A stretch of 64,000 nucleotides of DNA. Origin: Rhizophagus irregularis (lineage: Eukaryota). The stretch spans positions 62,001 through 126,000 of the forward strand of contig NC_089432.1 in NCBI RefSeq assembly GCF_026210795.1, given 5' to 3'. Of this stretch, positions 35,501-47,191 are shown one piece after another (positions within the stretch are counted from its first letter, which is position 1; the number at the start of each line of letters is the position of its first letter). Under the pieces are notes generated by a model, which saw only the letters and a list, made by a program, of their open reading frames with translations, ran no database searches and had not been told where the DNA came from. The translations under genes were made by a program, and so were the position numbers.

Positions 35501-36726
35501 TAACATTCCCGATTCAAAGAGTTTTGCTAGATTTTCCCTATCAGATGAAGGATCTGGTGCTTTTGTCCAAAATTCAATCAAATGCCGTTTTTTCATAAAT
35601 GGTGTAATATTTGTACAACCAGAAGCGCAAAACATTGCTCGCCATGCACCTAATTCTTTTTCTTGAAATTGATAATTTTTTGGATAAATCTGATATAAAA
35701 TTGTAGGAAATTGAATTATTGTATTAGTTTGATCGTACCAGTTTGTGAATAATTTTGACCAACTTGAAAATGTGTTGGCAATTTTACGTTTTTTTATATT
35801 TTGTTCGAATATAAGATTCAATATATCAATGTTTTTCCAATTATCACTCGTACAAATAATTAAATTTTTACTCTTTTCTAATTTATTCAATTCTGTCAAT
35901 ATTTGTTGAATGTTATAATCAGTAATTCCAAATAAAGTCGCACCATCATATTTTTTAAGAATACCGATAGTTTCCCAAATTTTATTAGGTGTAGTATCCT
36001 TATTATGATATAATTTTATACCTTCATTATAAATATCTAAACTGCATTCATCTTCTATAGATTGTACAAAAAGTGAACGTTTGTCTGCATATTTTGTTAT
36101 AAGTGTAGAAAGAGATCCATGACCAGCACCATAACATCCTTCACGAGATGAAACACCAATTTTACTAACTACAATTAATATCTGATCTAAGCGAATAAAT
36201 ATTGGAATAAATGAAATATCAGCTACTAACTCATGAACAATTGCTTCATTATCAAATCCCATTACAGCTAATCCTGAATATTTTGTTTTATTACTAAAAA
36301 TTTGGCTATACGTGTTATTAATAGCTGCAGTAGCTGTTAGTTGAGTTCCGGAATCTTTACCATCACAAATACAACGAAAACATGGGTTATGTGTTTGCTC
36401 ATCATTAAGAACTGTTATTGCAAAGTTCTTACCGTTAAGACAACAATTAACAGACATAAATAGTCGATAAGGTATTGGATTTATGCAGTTTTCGTTAAAT
36501 TTGCACGGTTCCCACCAATTTCGTGCATATATTCCATAATGCAAGTCTTCTGAAATAATTCCTTTAGCTAAAAGAGTTACTATATACTGTTTTTTTTTGC
36601 TCATTGTAAAAGTTTTTATAACAAAGAAACCGAAATTCCAAAAAAAGTTTTTTTATTAATAACGAAACTCGTAAAATTAATTATAGATTGTCGATCATTT
36701 TATCCTATCGAGTTCCGATCTGTCAC
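32598..36726. mobile_element. Sola3-like DNA transposon, TTAA target
   Basis: TIRs GGGACCGATCGCGACTCAATAGG and CCTATCGAGTTCCGATCTGTCAC; TTAA on both sides; contains a multi-exon DDE transposase. Confidence 0.8.
33034..36604 (-). CDS. Multi-exon Sola3-like transposase
   Basis: IVDYKMRILPRSARETKAEFFGKRGWTLH, ISDNGAHYH, FLEPGEAKTTIDSHH, C-terminal GWALK; ORFs separated by short GT-AG introns; exon borders approximate. Confidence 0.72.
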
Positions 36727-39289
36727 TTAAGTTTTTTTTTATTTTTACTTAAGGGAACGTAATTAATTCCCTTTCTTTTATTTTTAGGAAACCTGGACGT
36801 AGATGAAGCCATTAACGACCAGGATTTAAAAAAAGAACGAACTATGGTAAGTTTGTTTCTTTTTTTAAGTTTTTTTTTATTTTTACTTAAGGAAACGTAA
36901 TTAACGTTCCCTTTCTTTTTTTTAAGAAACCTGGACGTGGACGAAGTCATTAACGACCAGAATTTAAAAAAAGAACGAACTATGGTAAGTTTGTTTCTTT
37001 TTTTAAGTTTTTTTATTTTACTTAAGGGAACGTAATTAACGTTCCCTTTTCTTTTTTAGTACGAAGGACCAGATCCGAATCGGATTCGGATCGTTCAAAT
37101 TGGATTCAAATGGATCTAAACCAGATTCAGATCAAATTGAACCAGATCTGATCAGATTCGGATCAGATCAGATCTATTAAAATAAAAATCAGATCAGATC
37201 AGATTTAAGTTAAATCCAATCTGAACCGATCTGTTAGGAGCACTAATAATGCATATATAAAAAATTATACTATATATAATTGCTATAAGATGAAAGGTAA
37301 ATCCATATAGGATATCAATCTGCTATATTAGAATTTCGCTTACTTATAATAAAGGTCACCATAGAAAATTGATTCTTTACTAATAATTTTTACCTTACTT
37401 TTTTTTTAAATTCTATTGGTTAATTAGCTAAAAAGGAAAAAATCATAACAATATAACAAATTTCCTTTTATAGTAAAATTTGCAAAGAATTTTATATATG
37501 ATTTATATAAGCATATGTTTATTTTTATATATATGTTGTTATCCCTGTCTGCTACCCAGCGGTAAACAAAGTTTCCTGCTTCTGTTATATGTACTCTCAG
37601 CAAAACATTAATATTCTTGCTTGGTTTAGTTTTAAATCTTTAACTCAATTTTCATCATTTTCTAAGTCACACACAGACTTCTCAATATACATTAGCCACA
37701 CTTGGGCTTTAAAGTCACTAGTCTCGGACTTTCTTAATATACAAGCCACACTTAGGCTTCTCAATAAACCACACTCGGGTTTCTCAAAATAATACGAGTC
37801 ACACTTGGGACTCCTTAATTCTTTATATTCATATTCATTCCATTATTTTAATACTTATTTAACATTAATTAAAACTTAGGCGAACCATAAGAATATTCAA
37901 AATAACTTTTAATAATTAACGTTTTTACAAACATTTATGAACCCTTCATCCATATGATTGTGTACATTCCGACTAATCGAACTACCATGTTCGTGCGTTT
38001 CTCATATATCAAATGGTAAAGGAATTCATTATTTAACATACTTTTTCATCATAAGAAAACAGTATAAAAGAGTCGATAATAATTAATTATGTGTAAAAAG
38101 TATTTTATTTATATTTTGATCTTCATAAAATTCACAACTAATCTAATTACTTAAAATTCAAAATCCTCACTGATGACTGTGGAATTCACTTCCCATTTCG
38201 CTCCTATTTAAACCAACTTTCTTATTATTTCTTTTCTTACTTCTTATTTCTTTCTAATATTTTATGTTATGTGTTATCTTTTATGTACTATCTTTTATGT
38301 ACTATCTTTTATATGCTATCTTTTTGATATACTATTTTTAATATGCTATCTTTTTAATATGTTATTTTTAATATACTATTTTATATACTATTTTATATGT
38401 TATCTTTTTTATCTTTCAAATATTACATTGTAAAGAAATAATTTATAACCCATCTTTATGGCTGTGCTATCTTTTCTTTAAAATAACATAATCTTTCAAA
38501 TATTATATCGTAAAGAAATAATGTTTTTCTGTATCATCTTTTCATATTATCTTTTATATTATCTTTTGTATTATCTTTTATATTATCCTTTGTTTTTCAA
38601 TATTTTATGTATTTTCATTAAATTCAATTTTAATTCGCTATTGTCTCATTTTATATGTTATTTCCATAATCTATCTTTTGTAGCTTATAGTTACTCCTCC
38701 TAATTATTTCTGTTGATGAACTTGATAAACTGGTTGCTAAACCGCATCGATCGACCCTCTTGATTGATCTACTGGTTCGTCGTTAATCATTTAATAAACA
38801 TTACATCATGTAGACCATTTCTTCTCCTAAACATTTATCCTTTCTGGCTAATTATTTATCCGATTATGTGACTTTCTACCATGTAATCTTTTATTCGATA
38901 TATTATTTATCTATTCCATTAAGTTCAATATCTATGGTTACAATGTATATATCATTCTATACAATATTTCTTTTTTATATACTCCATATTAAGGATGGTG
39001 CTGCAAATATGTAATTGCGGAATAATTGTAATTTACAGTATTGCAGAACATTGCAGATTTTTAAATCTAAAAATCTGCAGATCTGCAAATCCGCAATTAT
39101 CTGCAATTCCACAAATACTGTATTTGGCGGTAAATAAGCATATTTTTTTGCTATGAGGGTGCTTAGTTTTGGGGTACTTTTCTTGTGCTAGTAACCATGA
39201 TCGTTTGTACAACAAATTAAATACGGTATGATACTCGCGTTGCTCCTGGTACTTCTCGTAATGCGAGACGACGCATACCTATTAAAATC

Positions 39290-40850
39290 ATGGTTGCTAA
39301 AATCACCAAACATAGACGAGTTAGACAAGCCGCCAAATATGAACAAGATAAACTAGCCGTAAAACGTAGACGAGTTAGATTAGCCGCCAAATATGAACAA
39401 GCTAAACTAACCGCCAAACGTAGACAATCTAAACGTAAAAAAGCTTTCACAAGTAAACGCAGTTCATACTCTATCGAGCAGAAAAAACAAGTTGTAGCTT
39501 ACGCTAAGTCAAATGGAAGAAATGAAGCGGCAAGGCATTTTCTACTTAACGGTAGTATGATTGGTCGTTAGATCAAAGCTAGCGAAAAGTGGACAACCGA
39601 GACAAGGAGATACACCATGAAAGTTGGTTCTGGCCAAAAAGCTTTTTATCCTGAAACCGAAAAGAAATTATATAACTGGATTATTGAACAGCGAATGCAG
39701 GGATTAGCCATGACCTATACAACTGCAAAATTTACCATGTTTGACATTTTAGAAGAACCAGAAATGATTGCGCTTTACGGTAATTCTACAGAAAAGTTTA
39801 AGGCATCATTTCGTTGGTTAACCTTGTTCATGAAAAGGTACAAATTGTCTTTGCGTTGACGTACAAAAATCTCCCAAAAACTTCTGAAGCAAACCGAAGA
39901 ATCATTGGAAAAATTTCAGCAATTCATCACTTGTCTTAGAATTCAAAAGTCTTTCGAATTTAGTAATATTTTCAATATGGACGAGACTCCAGTTTGGTTC
40001 GACATGGCGGGAAATTTCACTATTAACGTAATAGGTGACAAGACGGTTCATATTCACAGAACAAGTAACAAAAAAAATCGCTTTACCGTTGTCTTAACTT
40101 GCGCTGCCGGCAAGTTTCATTTTTTTTACCTGATTTTACACGAAAATTTAAAAGATTCTCTTAAATTGTCAGTAAAATCAAAGGATTGTGCTGGTTAATG
40201 ATTAATTCTTCATTACAGATGGAAGCAAGTTACCTCTGATCTGTATTTTTAAAAAAAAGAAGAAACCTCGTGGTGAACAATTTCCTGATGGCGTTATAGT
40301 TTGGTTTCAAGAGAACGGTTGGATGGATGCAAATATAATGAAAAATTATATTGATTACCTTGTTGAGGAAGTTGATGAACCCGAACTTCTGAAAATGATG
40401 GTATACGATTCCTTTAGGGAGCATTTAGAAGAGTCTGTGAAAAAGAAGTTTCGTGAAAATGGTTTCAACTTAGCGGTGATTCCAGGAGGATTGACAAGTA
40501 TTTGTCAACCTCTGGATGTAGCAATAAACAAGCCGTTTAAAGACAATCTTCGTAGGGAGTGGCACCTATGGATAGCAAATGGTGGTGCTGGACAAACCGC
40601 GGCTGGAAACCTGTGACGTGCTAGATTGAGTAAAGTTTGTGGGTGGGTAAAACGTTCGTAGGACAACATCTCTGACGAAGTAATTATTCAGTCTTTTAAA
40701 AAATGTGGAATATCAAATTCTTTGAATGAATTGGAAGATATAAAGAATAATGATGTTGATGAAATTATCGAAAAAAGAGACGAGAAACTTGTGATCGAAG
40801 TACATGAAAATTTGGTTGATACGGCAAGGCTACAAGCCAGGTATTTTTAA
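39290..40850 (+). pseudogene. pogo-family (HTH + CENP-B-type HTH + DDE_1) transposase pseudogene
   Basis: SYSIEQKKQVV, FKASFRWLTLFMKRY, IFNMDETP, MMVYDSFREH, QPLDVAINKPFK; several in-frame stops. Confidence 0.85.
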
Positions 40851-41189
40851 ATTGAATTTTTTGTAAAAATTAAAGTATTAATTGCAGCTCTTTATCATAC
40901 TTTAAAGTAGAGGTGTGCTCCAGTGAAATCCGTTCAATCCATCATCCGATCTGATCAAAAAATGGATCATCCGGATTAAGAATGAACGGATTGCGAATAA
41001 TCCGGATGGATCTGTTGGATGATATCGGATTGATCGGATGTTACATGGATAACCAGATTGACCAGATTGATCAGATAATCTGGTCCAATCCGGTCAAATT
41101 TATACTATTTTTTTTCATTATTATTATTTTTTTTTTTTAAAAAAAAAACACTTTGAACTTGAACTTGGACTTCAGAACGACTTGGATGG

Positions 41190-42470
41190 CTTGGATTTCA
41201 AAAGGTAAGCGTAAATTTCTTTTTTCTTTTGTCTTGGGAATGTCATTAACGTTCCTTTTGCTTCTTTTCTTTAGGGGACGCCTTCCTGAACCCGGTTTTC
41301 AGCTTGGGCTATTGAAGGTAAGTTAATAATAGAGGTTTTCATTTTTTTTTGTCATTAGGAACATCATTAACGTTCCTTTACTTCTTTTCTTTAAGGGACG
41401 TCTTCCTGGACTTTTTTTTCAGCTTGGATTATAAAGGTAAGTTGGAGGAAGAGTTTTTTTATTTTTTCTTGTCTTTAAGAACGTAATTAACGTTCCTTTT
41501 ACTTCTTTTCTTTAGAGGAACGCCTTCCTGGACTTGTTTTTTGGCTTGGGTTATAAAGGTAAGTTGGAGAAAGAGTTTTTTCTTGTCTTTAGGAACGTAA
41601 TTAACGTTTCTTTTACTTTTTTTCTTTAGGGGAACGCCTTCTTGGACTTTGATTTTGGCTTGGGTTATAAAGGTAAGTTGGGGAAGGGTATTTTGTTTTT
41701 TTGTCTTTAGGAACGTCATTAACATTCCTTTTTGCTTCTTTTCTTTAGAGGGACGCCTTCCCGGACTTGGATCTCAGGCTTGGGTTATAAAGGTAAGATG
41801 GGGAAGTGTATTTTTTTTATTTTTGTCTTTAGGGACGTAACTAACGTTCCTTTTTGTTTCTTTTCTTTAAAGGGACGTATTCTTGGACCTGGATTTCGGC
41901 TTGGGTTATAAAGGTAAGATGGGAAAGTGTATTTTTTTTTTTTGTCTTTAGGAACGTAATTAACGTTCCTTTTGCTTCTTTTTTTAGGGAAACACCTTCT
42001 TGGTCTTGGATTTCGGTTTGGGTTATAAAGGTAAGTTGGGAGGGAGGGCATTTTTTTTTTTTTGTCTTTAGGAACGTAACTAACATTCCTTTTGCTTCTT
42101 TTCTTTAGGAGGACGCCTCTTGAACCTGGATTTTGGCATGGATTATAAAGGTAAGTTGGGGGAAAGGTATTTTTGTTTTTTTGTTTTTAGGAACGTAATT
42201 AACGTTCCTTTAGCTTCTTTTTTTAGGGAGACACCTTCTTGGACCTGGATTTCGGCATGGGTTATAAAGGTAAGTTGGGAAAAAAGTATTTTTGGTTTTT
42301 TCTTGTCTTTAGGAACGTAATTAACGTTCCTTTTGTTTCTTTTTTTAGGGGACGCCTTCCTGAACCTGGATTTCAGTTGGGATATAAAAATAAGTCAGGG
42401 AGGGGTAATTTTGTTTTTTTAGTCTTTGGATAGTCTTTAACATTCTCTTCTTTTTTTTTCTTTAGGGGTC
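41190..42470 (+). repeat. Exon/intron-like tandem array 3 (~120-bp units)
   Basis: About 11 copies of TATAAAG|GTAAG...AGGAACGTAATTAACGTTCCT...TTTAG|. Confidence 0.88.
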
Positions 42471-42735
42471 TTCAAACTGGTTTGATCCAAATCTTAAACT
42501 TTTTATAAATATTGTGTCAAATAATTTGTTAAAAATCATGTGTAATAACGTAAAATAAATACTATGTTTATTATTAAAAAATTTTTAATTGTCAATTAAT
42601 ATTAATAAAAAGTATTAAGTAGAAAAAATTGAATTCGGATTCATCGGATTCACCGGATTAACCAGATTATTCAGATATCCGGTCAACCATCCGGTCAAAT
42701 TGGTGAGCAAGTATTGACCAGATATCCGATGATCC

Positions 42736-43416
42736 AGTAGGACAATCTTGGGGGTTCTGGGACAGCGGCTATCACATAGGTCTACCATAATTTAGTGTAC
42801 CCCCAGACCACCTAGCCTTGTTTTCTGATATGATAACACTATACCTGTTTTTCTATCCCCAGACCACCTAACCTTGATTCCCGATATGTTATTACTTGAT
42901 AGCTAAAAAGAACCCCCTAAGCGTTATAGATAAGATTAACATCATTTATTCCTAGGCATTATTACCACGCATGAATCCATTCCAGGGTATCATAATTTTA
43001 TGCTATATCAGATTGCCTTTATAAGTGCCAAAGGTATGAAGGACACGAAGTGTCTGTAATACCGATGGCACGATTCAGCAATCCATTGTGGCATACTATT
43101 TTTATGATACTCTAAAAGGGATTCATTCGATGATTTAAGCCATTCATGCTCTAACCAAAAATGTATAGCAGGAAGGCAACTAGACATATTGTAAAGCTTT
43201 CCCTGCTATACGAAAAAATCTGGGACAGTGAAGTCTAACCAAAAATCTGACCCAGGCTTCAACCAAAAATGTATAGCAGGAAGGCAACTAGATATGTTTT
43301 AAAGCTTTTCCTCCTATACGAAAAATTCTGGGACAATGAAGTCTAACCAAAATTTAACCCTAATCATAAATTGCTCTGATTCTTTGACGAAGCCTATTTT
43401 CATACCGATTTTGATA
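42736..43416 (+). repeat. Left TIR of element B
   Basis: Reverse complement of 59033-59715; contains internal direct repeats. Confidence 0.95.
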
Positions 43417-43596
43417 ATAACTCCCAATATGAGATTGACATCGACCACTAGATGAACCTGTAGGTTTACCACATACAGCACAAGGAAAGCGTGATTTTGT
43501 CTTCCAATGAATGCGACAACCTTCTGGCCTCACACAAGGACGACCACAAGGCTTGCCTGTGTTATGTAAATATTCACAAGTATATTCTCCAATCAT
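43360..43596 (-). CDS. Small Cys/His zinc-binding protein whose 3' end lies inside the TIR
   Basis: MIGEYTCEY...KPCGRPC..PEGCRIH...CAVCGKP...RCQSH. Confidence 0.6.
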   Translation of the reverse strand: MIGEYTCEYLHNTGKPCGRPCVRPEGCRIHWKTKSRFPCAVCGKPTGSSSGRCQSHIGSYYQNRYENRLRQRIRAIYD

Positions 43597-43648
43597 TTTT
43601 ATTAAGTATAAATAAGTTAAATTAAAAAAAAGTTTACATGATATAAAA

Positions 43649-44026
43649 ATGATGTCTACCCAAGCTATACCAGCTAAGCCAACATACCGTGAAATTGAAT
43701 CAGCTCTAATTGCTGTAATTAAAGCAGGCATCCTTTACAAGAAACCAAAGGATGGTAAATTCATGTTATGTTACAAACAAAGGATAATCAAATTGCGTCA
43801 AGCAGAAGAACCAGAAAATTTTGTTCTTGAAACAGCACAATCTATTCTACCTAATGAGACAAAGTATCAGCAAATCTTGGAAAATTATAAGACCTGGTAT
43901 AGCAGAGAGCCAAAACTTTTGTCTGCTATTAATAAGCTATACAGGTTATACTATGAATTGGCAAAAGACTACTTCCTCACAGACTCCCAAGCAGATGATG
44001 AGGTAGAAGACTATCTTAATTCATAA
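43649..44026 (+). CDS. Small helical protein shared with element A
   Basis: Intact 125-aa ORF; by-eye similarity to 7717-8185. Confidence 0.7.
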   Translation: MMSTQAIPAKPTYREIESALIAVIKAGILYKKPKDGKFMLCYKQRIIKLRQAEEPENFVLETAQSILPNETKYQQILENYKTWYSREPKLLSAINKLYRLYYELAKDYFLTDSQADDEVEDYLNS

Positions 44027-45125
44027 GTACCCATTGTGGTGGAAGTTCTGTATCATCTGGTATAACCAAAAGTTCTTCCCTCACAAAGGATCTCTCTGAT
44101 TCTTTACCATCATCATCAATAAGCCAGTACAAAACTGGTTGATTTTTCTGTGTTAAAGACATATGGATATGATAAATCTTAGGTGACCAATTCATATCTC
44201 CTGCTCGACGTCTTCCACCTTCCAGATCATTTGGTTCAAGTAAGTACCTTACACTTATATTAGGTGGTAGTTTCTCTTCTTCATACCCAACAGGTCCATC
44301 ACGAGGATAAGAAGATCTGGAAGACACTCGTGATTTTTTTATAGCTATAGCAGGAGATATACCAAGTTGTTGGGTCACTGAGTTATTTATACTTTCTACA
44401 GCAATAGGTAAGTTTTTTACCCAGACTCGAGATCTCGTTTTACCTAAAGTTAGTAAGTCAGATGCATCTTGAGAGGGAAATAGTTTCTCAACCAAGGTAC
44501 GATTATATCGCTCCACAATGCCAACAGTACGCTTAGACTTGGCCTTTTGAATCTTTACACCATGGGAAGTCATCAGCTTTTCACACTCACCTTTAAACTC
44601 TGAACCCCTATCTGTAATCAATAATTTTGGCCAAGTGAGCGGACATGTTGTATCATCATATACCTTTTCAAAAGCCCGAGCAATAGTATGAGAAGTTAGG
44701 ATTCCCTGTCGATTTTTAACACTGGTTGAACCTATAGGAACACTTTCTTTATACCTCGATGCTATATCAACTATATTGAGACAGAAAAGATAAGTCACAT
44801 GTCCAACCTTGTCATATGGCATATACAAAATGTCAGCTTGATGAACTTCATTGGGAACTTGTATAGAACTAAAACTTACACGAGAGATAAATCGGGGACG
44901 AGGTTTGTGGACTTGATGTACTGCCTGTCTTTCAAGCCAATCCTGCACTTCATCTAAGGTGAAATCATATCCAGCATTTTGTGATGTCTCATACAACTTT
45001 TTGGCAGTCCTCTGATATCCAGATGGTTGGTAGAATATCCTGCATAAAGCCGAAGTCACCTCTACATTTCGTGCTTCATCAGAATCTATTGGAATAATAG
45101 GAATCAATGGGAGTTGAACAGGCAT
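44016..45125 (-). CDS. Polinton-type rve integrase, intact, no chromodomain
   Basis: FYQPSGY..KKLY...VQDWLERQAVHQVHKP, HQADI, ITDRGSEF, VERYNRTL, NWSPKIY...FVREEL; ATG at 45125. Confidence 0.93.
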   Translation of the reverse strand: MPVQLPLIPIIPIDSDEARNVEVTSALCRIFYQPSGYQRTAKKLYETSQNAGYDFTLDEVQDWLERQAVHQVHKPRPRFISRVSFSSIQVPNEVHQADILYMPYDKVGHVTYLFCLNIVDIASRYKESVPIGSTSVKNRQGILTSHTIARAFEKVYDDTTCPLTWPKLLITDRGSEFKGECEKLMTSHGVKIQKAKSKRTVGIVERYNRTLVEKLFPSQDASDLLTLGKTRSRVWVKNLPIAVESINNSVTQQLGISPAIAIKKSRVSSRSSYPRDGPVGYEEEKLPPNISVRYLLEPNDLEGGRRRAGDMNWSPKIYHIHMSLTQKNQPVLYWLIDDDGKESERSFVREELLVIPDDTELPPQWVLMN

Positions 45126-47191
45126 ATCTTGATTTGTTAAATAGCAACTTTGATTTGCGCAAACAGCTAGTTCAAGAGGAAACAAATAATATTTCCAATA
45201 AGGAGAAAATCCGTAAACTCACAAAGGAGATAGAGGCATGTGAACGATATATCTTCTATCTTGAAAAAAATCTTGTTTCACGTGAGGATGAAATCGATCG
45301 GTTAAAGGCAGAGTGTCAGTCCACTTTAGTTGAACTTGGAAAGTATCGAGATCACTTAGAGTTAAAGGAAGAGGCACTTGTTGCCCAGGATGAACGTATC
45401 ATTCAGCTTGAAGACACAGTAGATAAACTCAAAAAACGCATTCAAGAATTATCTTTATGTAAAGGAAAGATAGAAATGGATGAAGATAATGAATTATTCA
45501 ATCCTATTCTAAGAATACTAGACCGCCGACGGGCAGTTGCAGATTGTGTGTCTGAGATTAGACTATTTTTTGATCGGAATAGGATTCCAATTCCACAAGA
45601 CATAGATGATGTCTTTAATGCTACACTCAAAGTCTTGATGAAATTATTCGTCAAGCTGCTCTAATGCAAGAAATTGGTGTAGACCAACTAAATCAGATAG
45701 AAGGATTGCAGACATTACTTGGAGAATCTTTAGATCGTACAAATACTCTTAATCAAGACTTAATAAGAGTACGTGATGATTTTACATATGAGAGAAATGC
45801 TCGTAGACACTGGGAAACTATTGCACAACAGAATCAAGCACGTATTGCAGGAATACAAATAGCCAATCTAGGTATACGTTTTCTGAATAGACGCAAAGAT
45901 GCACAACTGGCAAACCAACAGAATCAGCTGGTAAATCAACAGAATCAGATAGCAAACCAACAGAATCAGATAGCTGAGCATAGAAGGAATGCACACAAGC
46001 TGATGTTACGCTATAATGCTGATACAGAACGTTGGAGAAGAAGGCATGCAGGTTGTATACGTCAGGCACAAAACTGGCAAAGACAATATAGGATTTCACA
46101 GACCCAGGTACAAGCACAGGCCCAAAATATTTTAAATTTACAACAACAAATATTAGCGTTACAAAACAATCCTCCAAACATGGCTACAATACAAGATGTC
46201 ATGCATACTATATCACCAGGTCTTGCACAGTTACCATTTTATGATGGACAAGAGCCGCCAGACTCTTATTATCAAAAGCTTAGAGCTGTCAATGAGATGG
46301 CTCGTCCACTAGCTTTTGCTGGTTTTAATGCTGCTATGAGATGCAGTGTTATGAAAAATAAAATGTCTGGTAGATTTATTCCTATTCCAGCAAATAATCC
46401 ATATAATGCCAATGCTGCTATTAATACAGAACCAGAGTTTCTAAACTGGCTGCAAGGAAAATATAGAGATGTGATGGTTGGAACAAATCAAGGTGCTATA
46501 ATAGCACTCATGAATGAATCATTTTCTTCTATAGATACACCAGATACATATGCAAAAAGGATTCGATCATTAGCACAAGGACAAGTATATGCTGAAATTT
46601 TACCTTATCTATATAATCATTTGCCTGATGTTTTAGAAATGAGAGTTAGAATTGCTGCTCCTGCTGATCTTGATGCTTTCTTTAATGAGTTACGTAATAA
46701 ATGGTATGAAAGTGGAGGGCGAAAAAATCCAACCACTATAGTAGAACAACCACAGAATAGAACTGCATTAGAAAAGCTTGCAGATATAGCAGTACGTCTT
46801 GGCTATACTGGTGACATAACAAATCCCTGTAGCAATACATACTTTCATTGAGAGTGATCTTACCAGAAAGTTAGGTGGACAAACACAACATCTAAGAAGA
46901 GATCACTTCGGAACTGGTCAGGTTAAAAAGGTGACAAAGACAACCAAATCTTCTCCTAAACGTCATTGCTCAAACTGTGGTAGAACAGGTCATTCCAAGA
47001 ACAAGTGTTCACGGAGTAGATGTACTAAGAAAGTTAACAATACTCACATAGTTGACTATGAAGAATCTGAAAGTGATGAGGAAACTGATGAAGAAACTGA
47101 GGAAGAGTTAACTGAAGAAGAGGAGGAGGAGGATGAACCTCAGAATTGCTTTAGTGTAAAAAAAAAACTTGTCGACGTGGAGTTTTGGTAA
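45107..47191 (+). pseudogene. gag: Gag-like polyprotein (coiled coil, capsid-like domain, CCHC zinc knuckle, acidic tail); two 1-nt frameshifts
   Basis: LPFYDGQEPPDSYYQKL, WLQGKY, DTPDTYAKRI...HLP..LEMRV, CSNCGRTGHSKNKC (CX2CX4HX4C); frameshifts near 45630 and 46830. Confidence 0.8.

Larger units (their letters stand above)
31834..37245. mobile_element. Non-autonomous hAT-like element with exon/intron-like array 2; hosts the Sola3-like element
   Basis: TAGTGCTCC...GGAGCACTA; 8-bp flanks ATAGTGCA and ATAATGCA; ~120-bp units at 31980-32597 and 36727-37060. Confidence 0.78.

Noticed and set aside
32598..36726. piggyBac or Kolobok assignment based on the TTAA target
   Set aside because: The G-starting termini do not fit piggyBac, and the transposase motifs fit Sola3 better than either.
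37540..38900. Possible gene or Helitron fragment
   Set aside because: AT-rich short repeats only; no termini or coding motifs I can support.
41459..42433. Short ORFs on both strands of array 3 (also 743-931, 17190-17384, 36723-36950)
   Set aside because: Low-complexity K/F-rich translations of tandem repeats.
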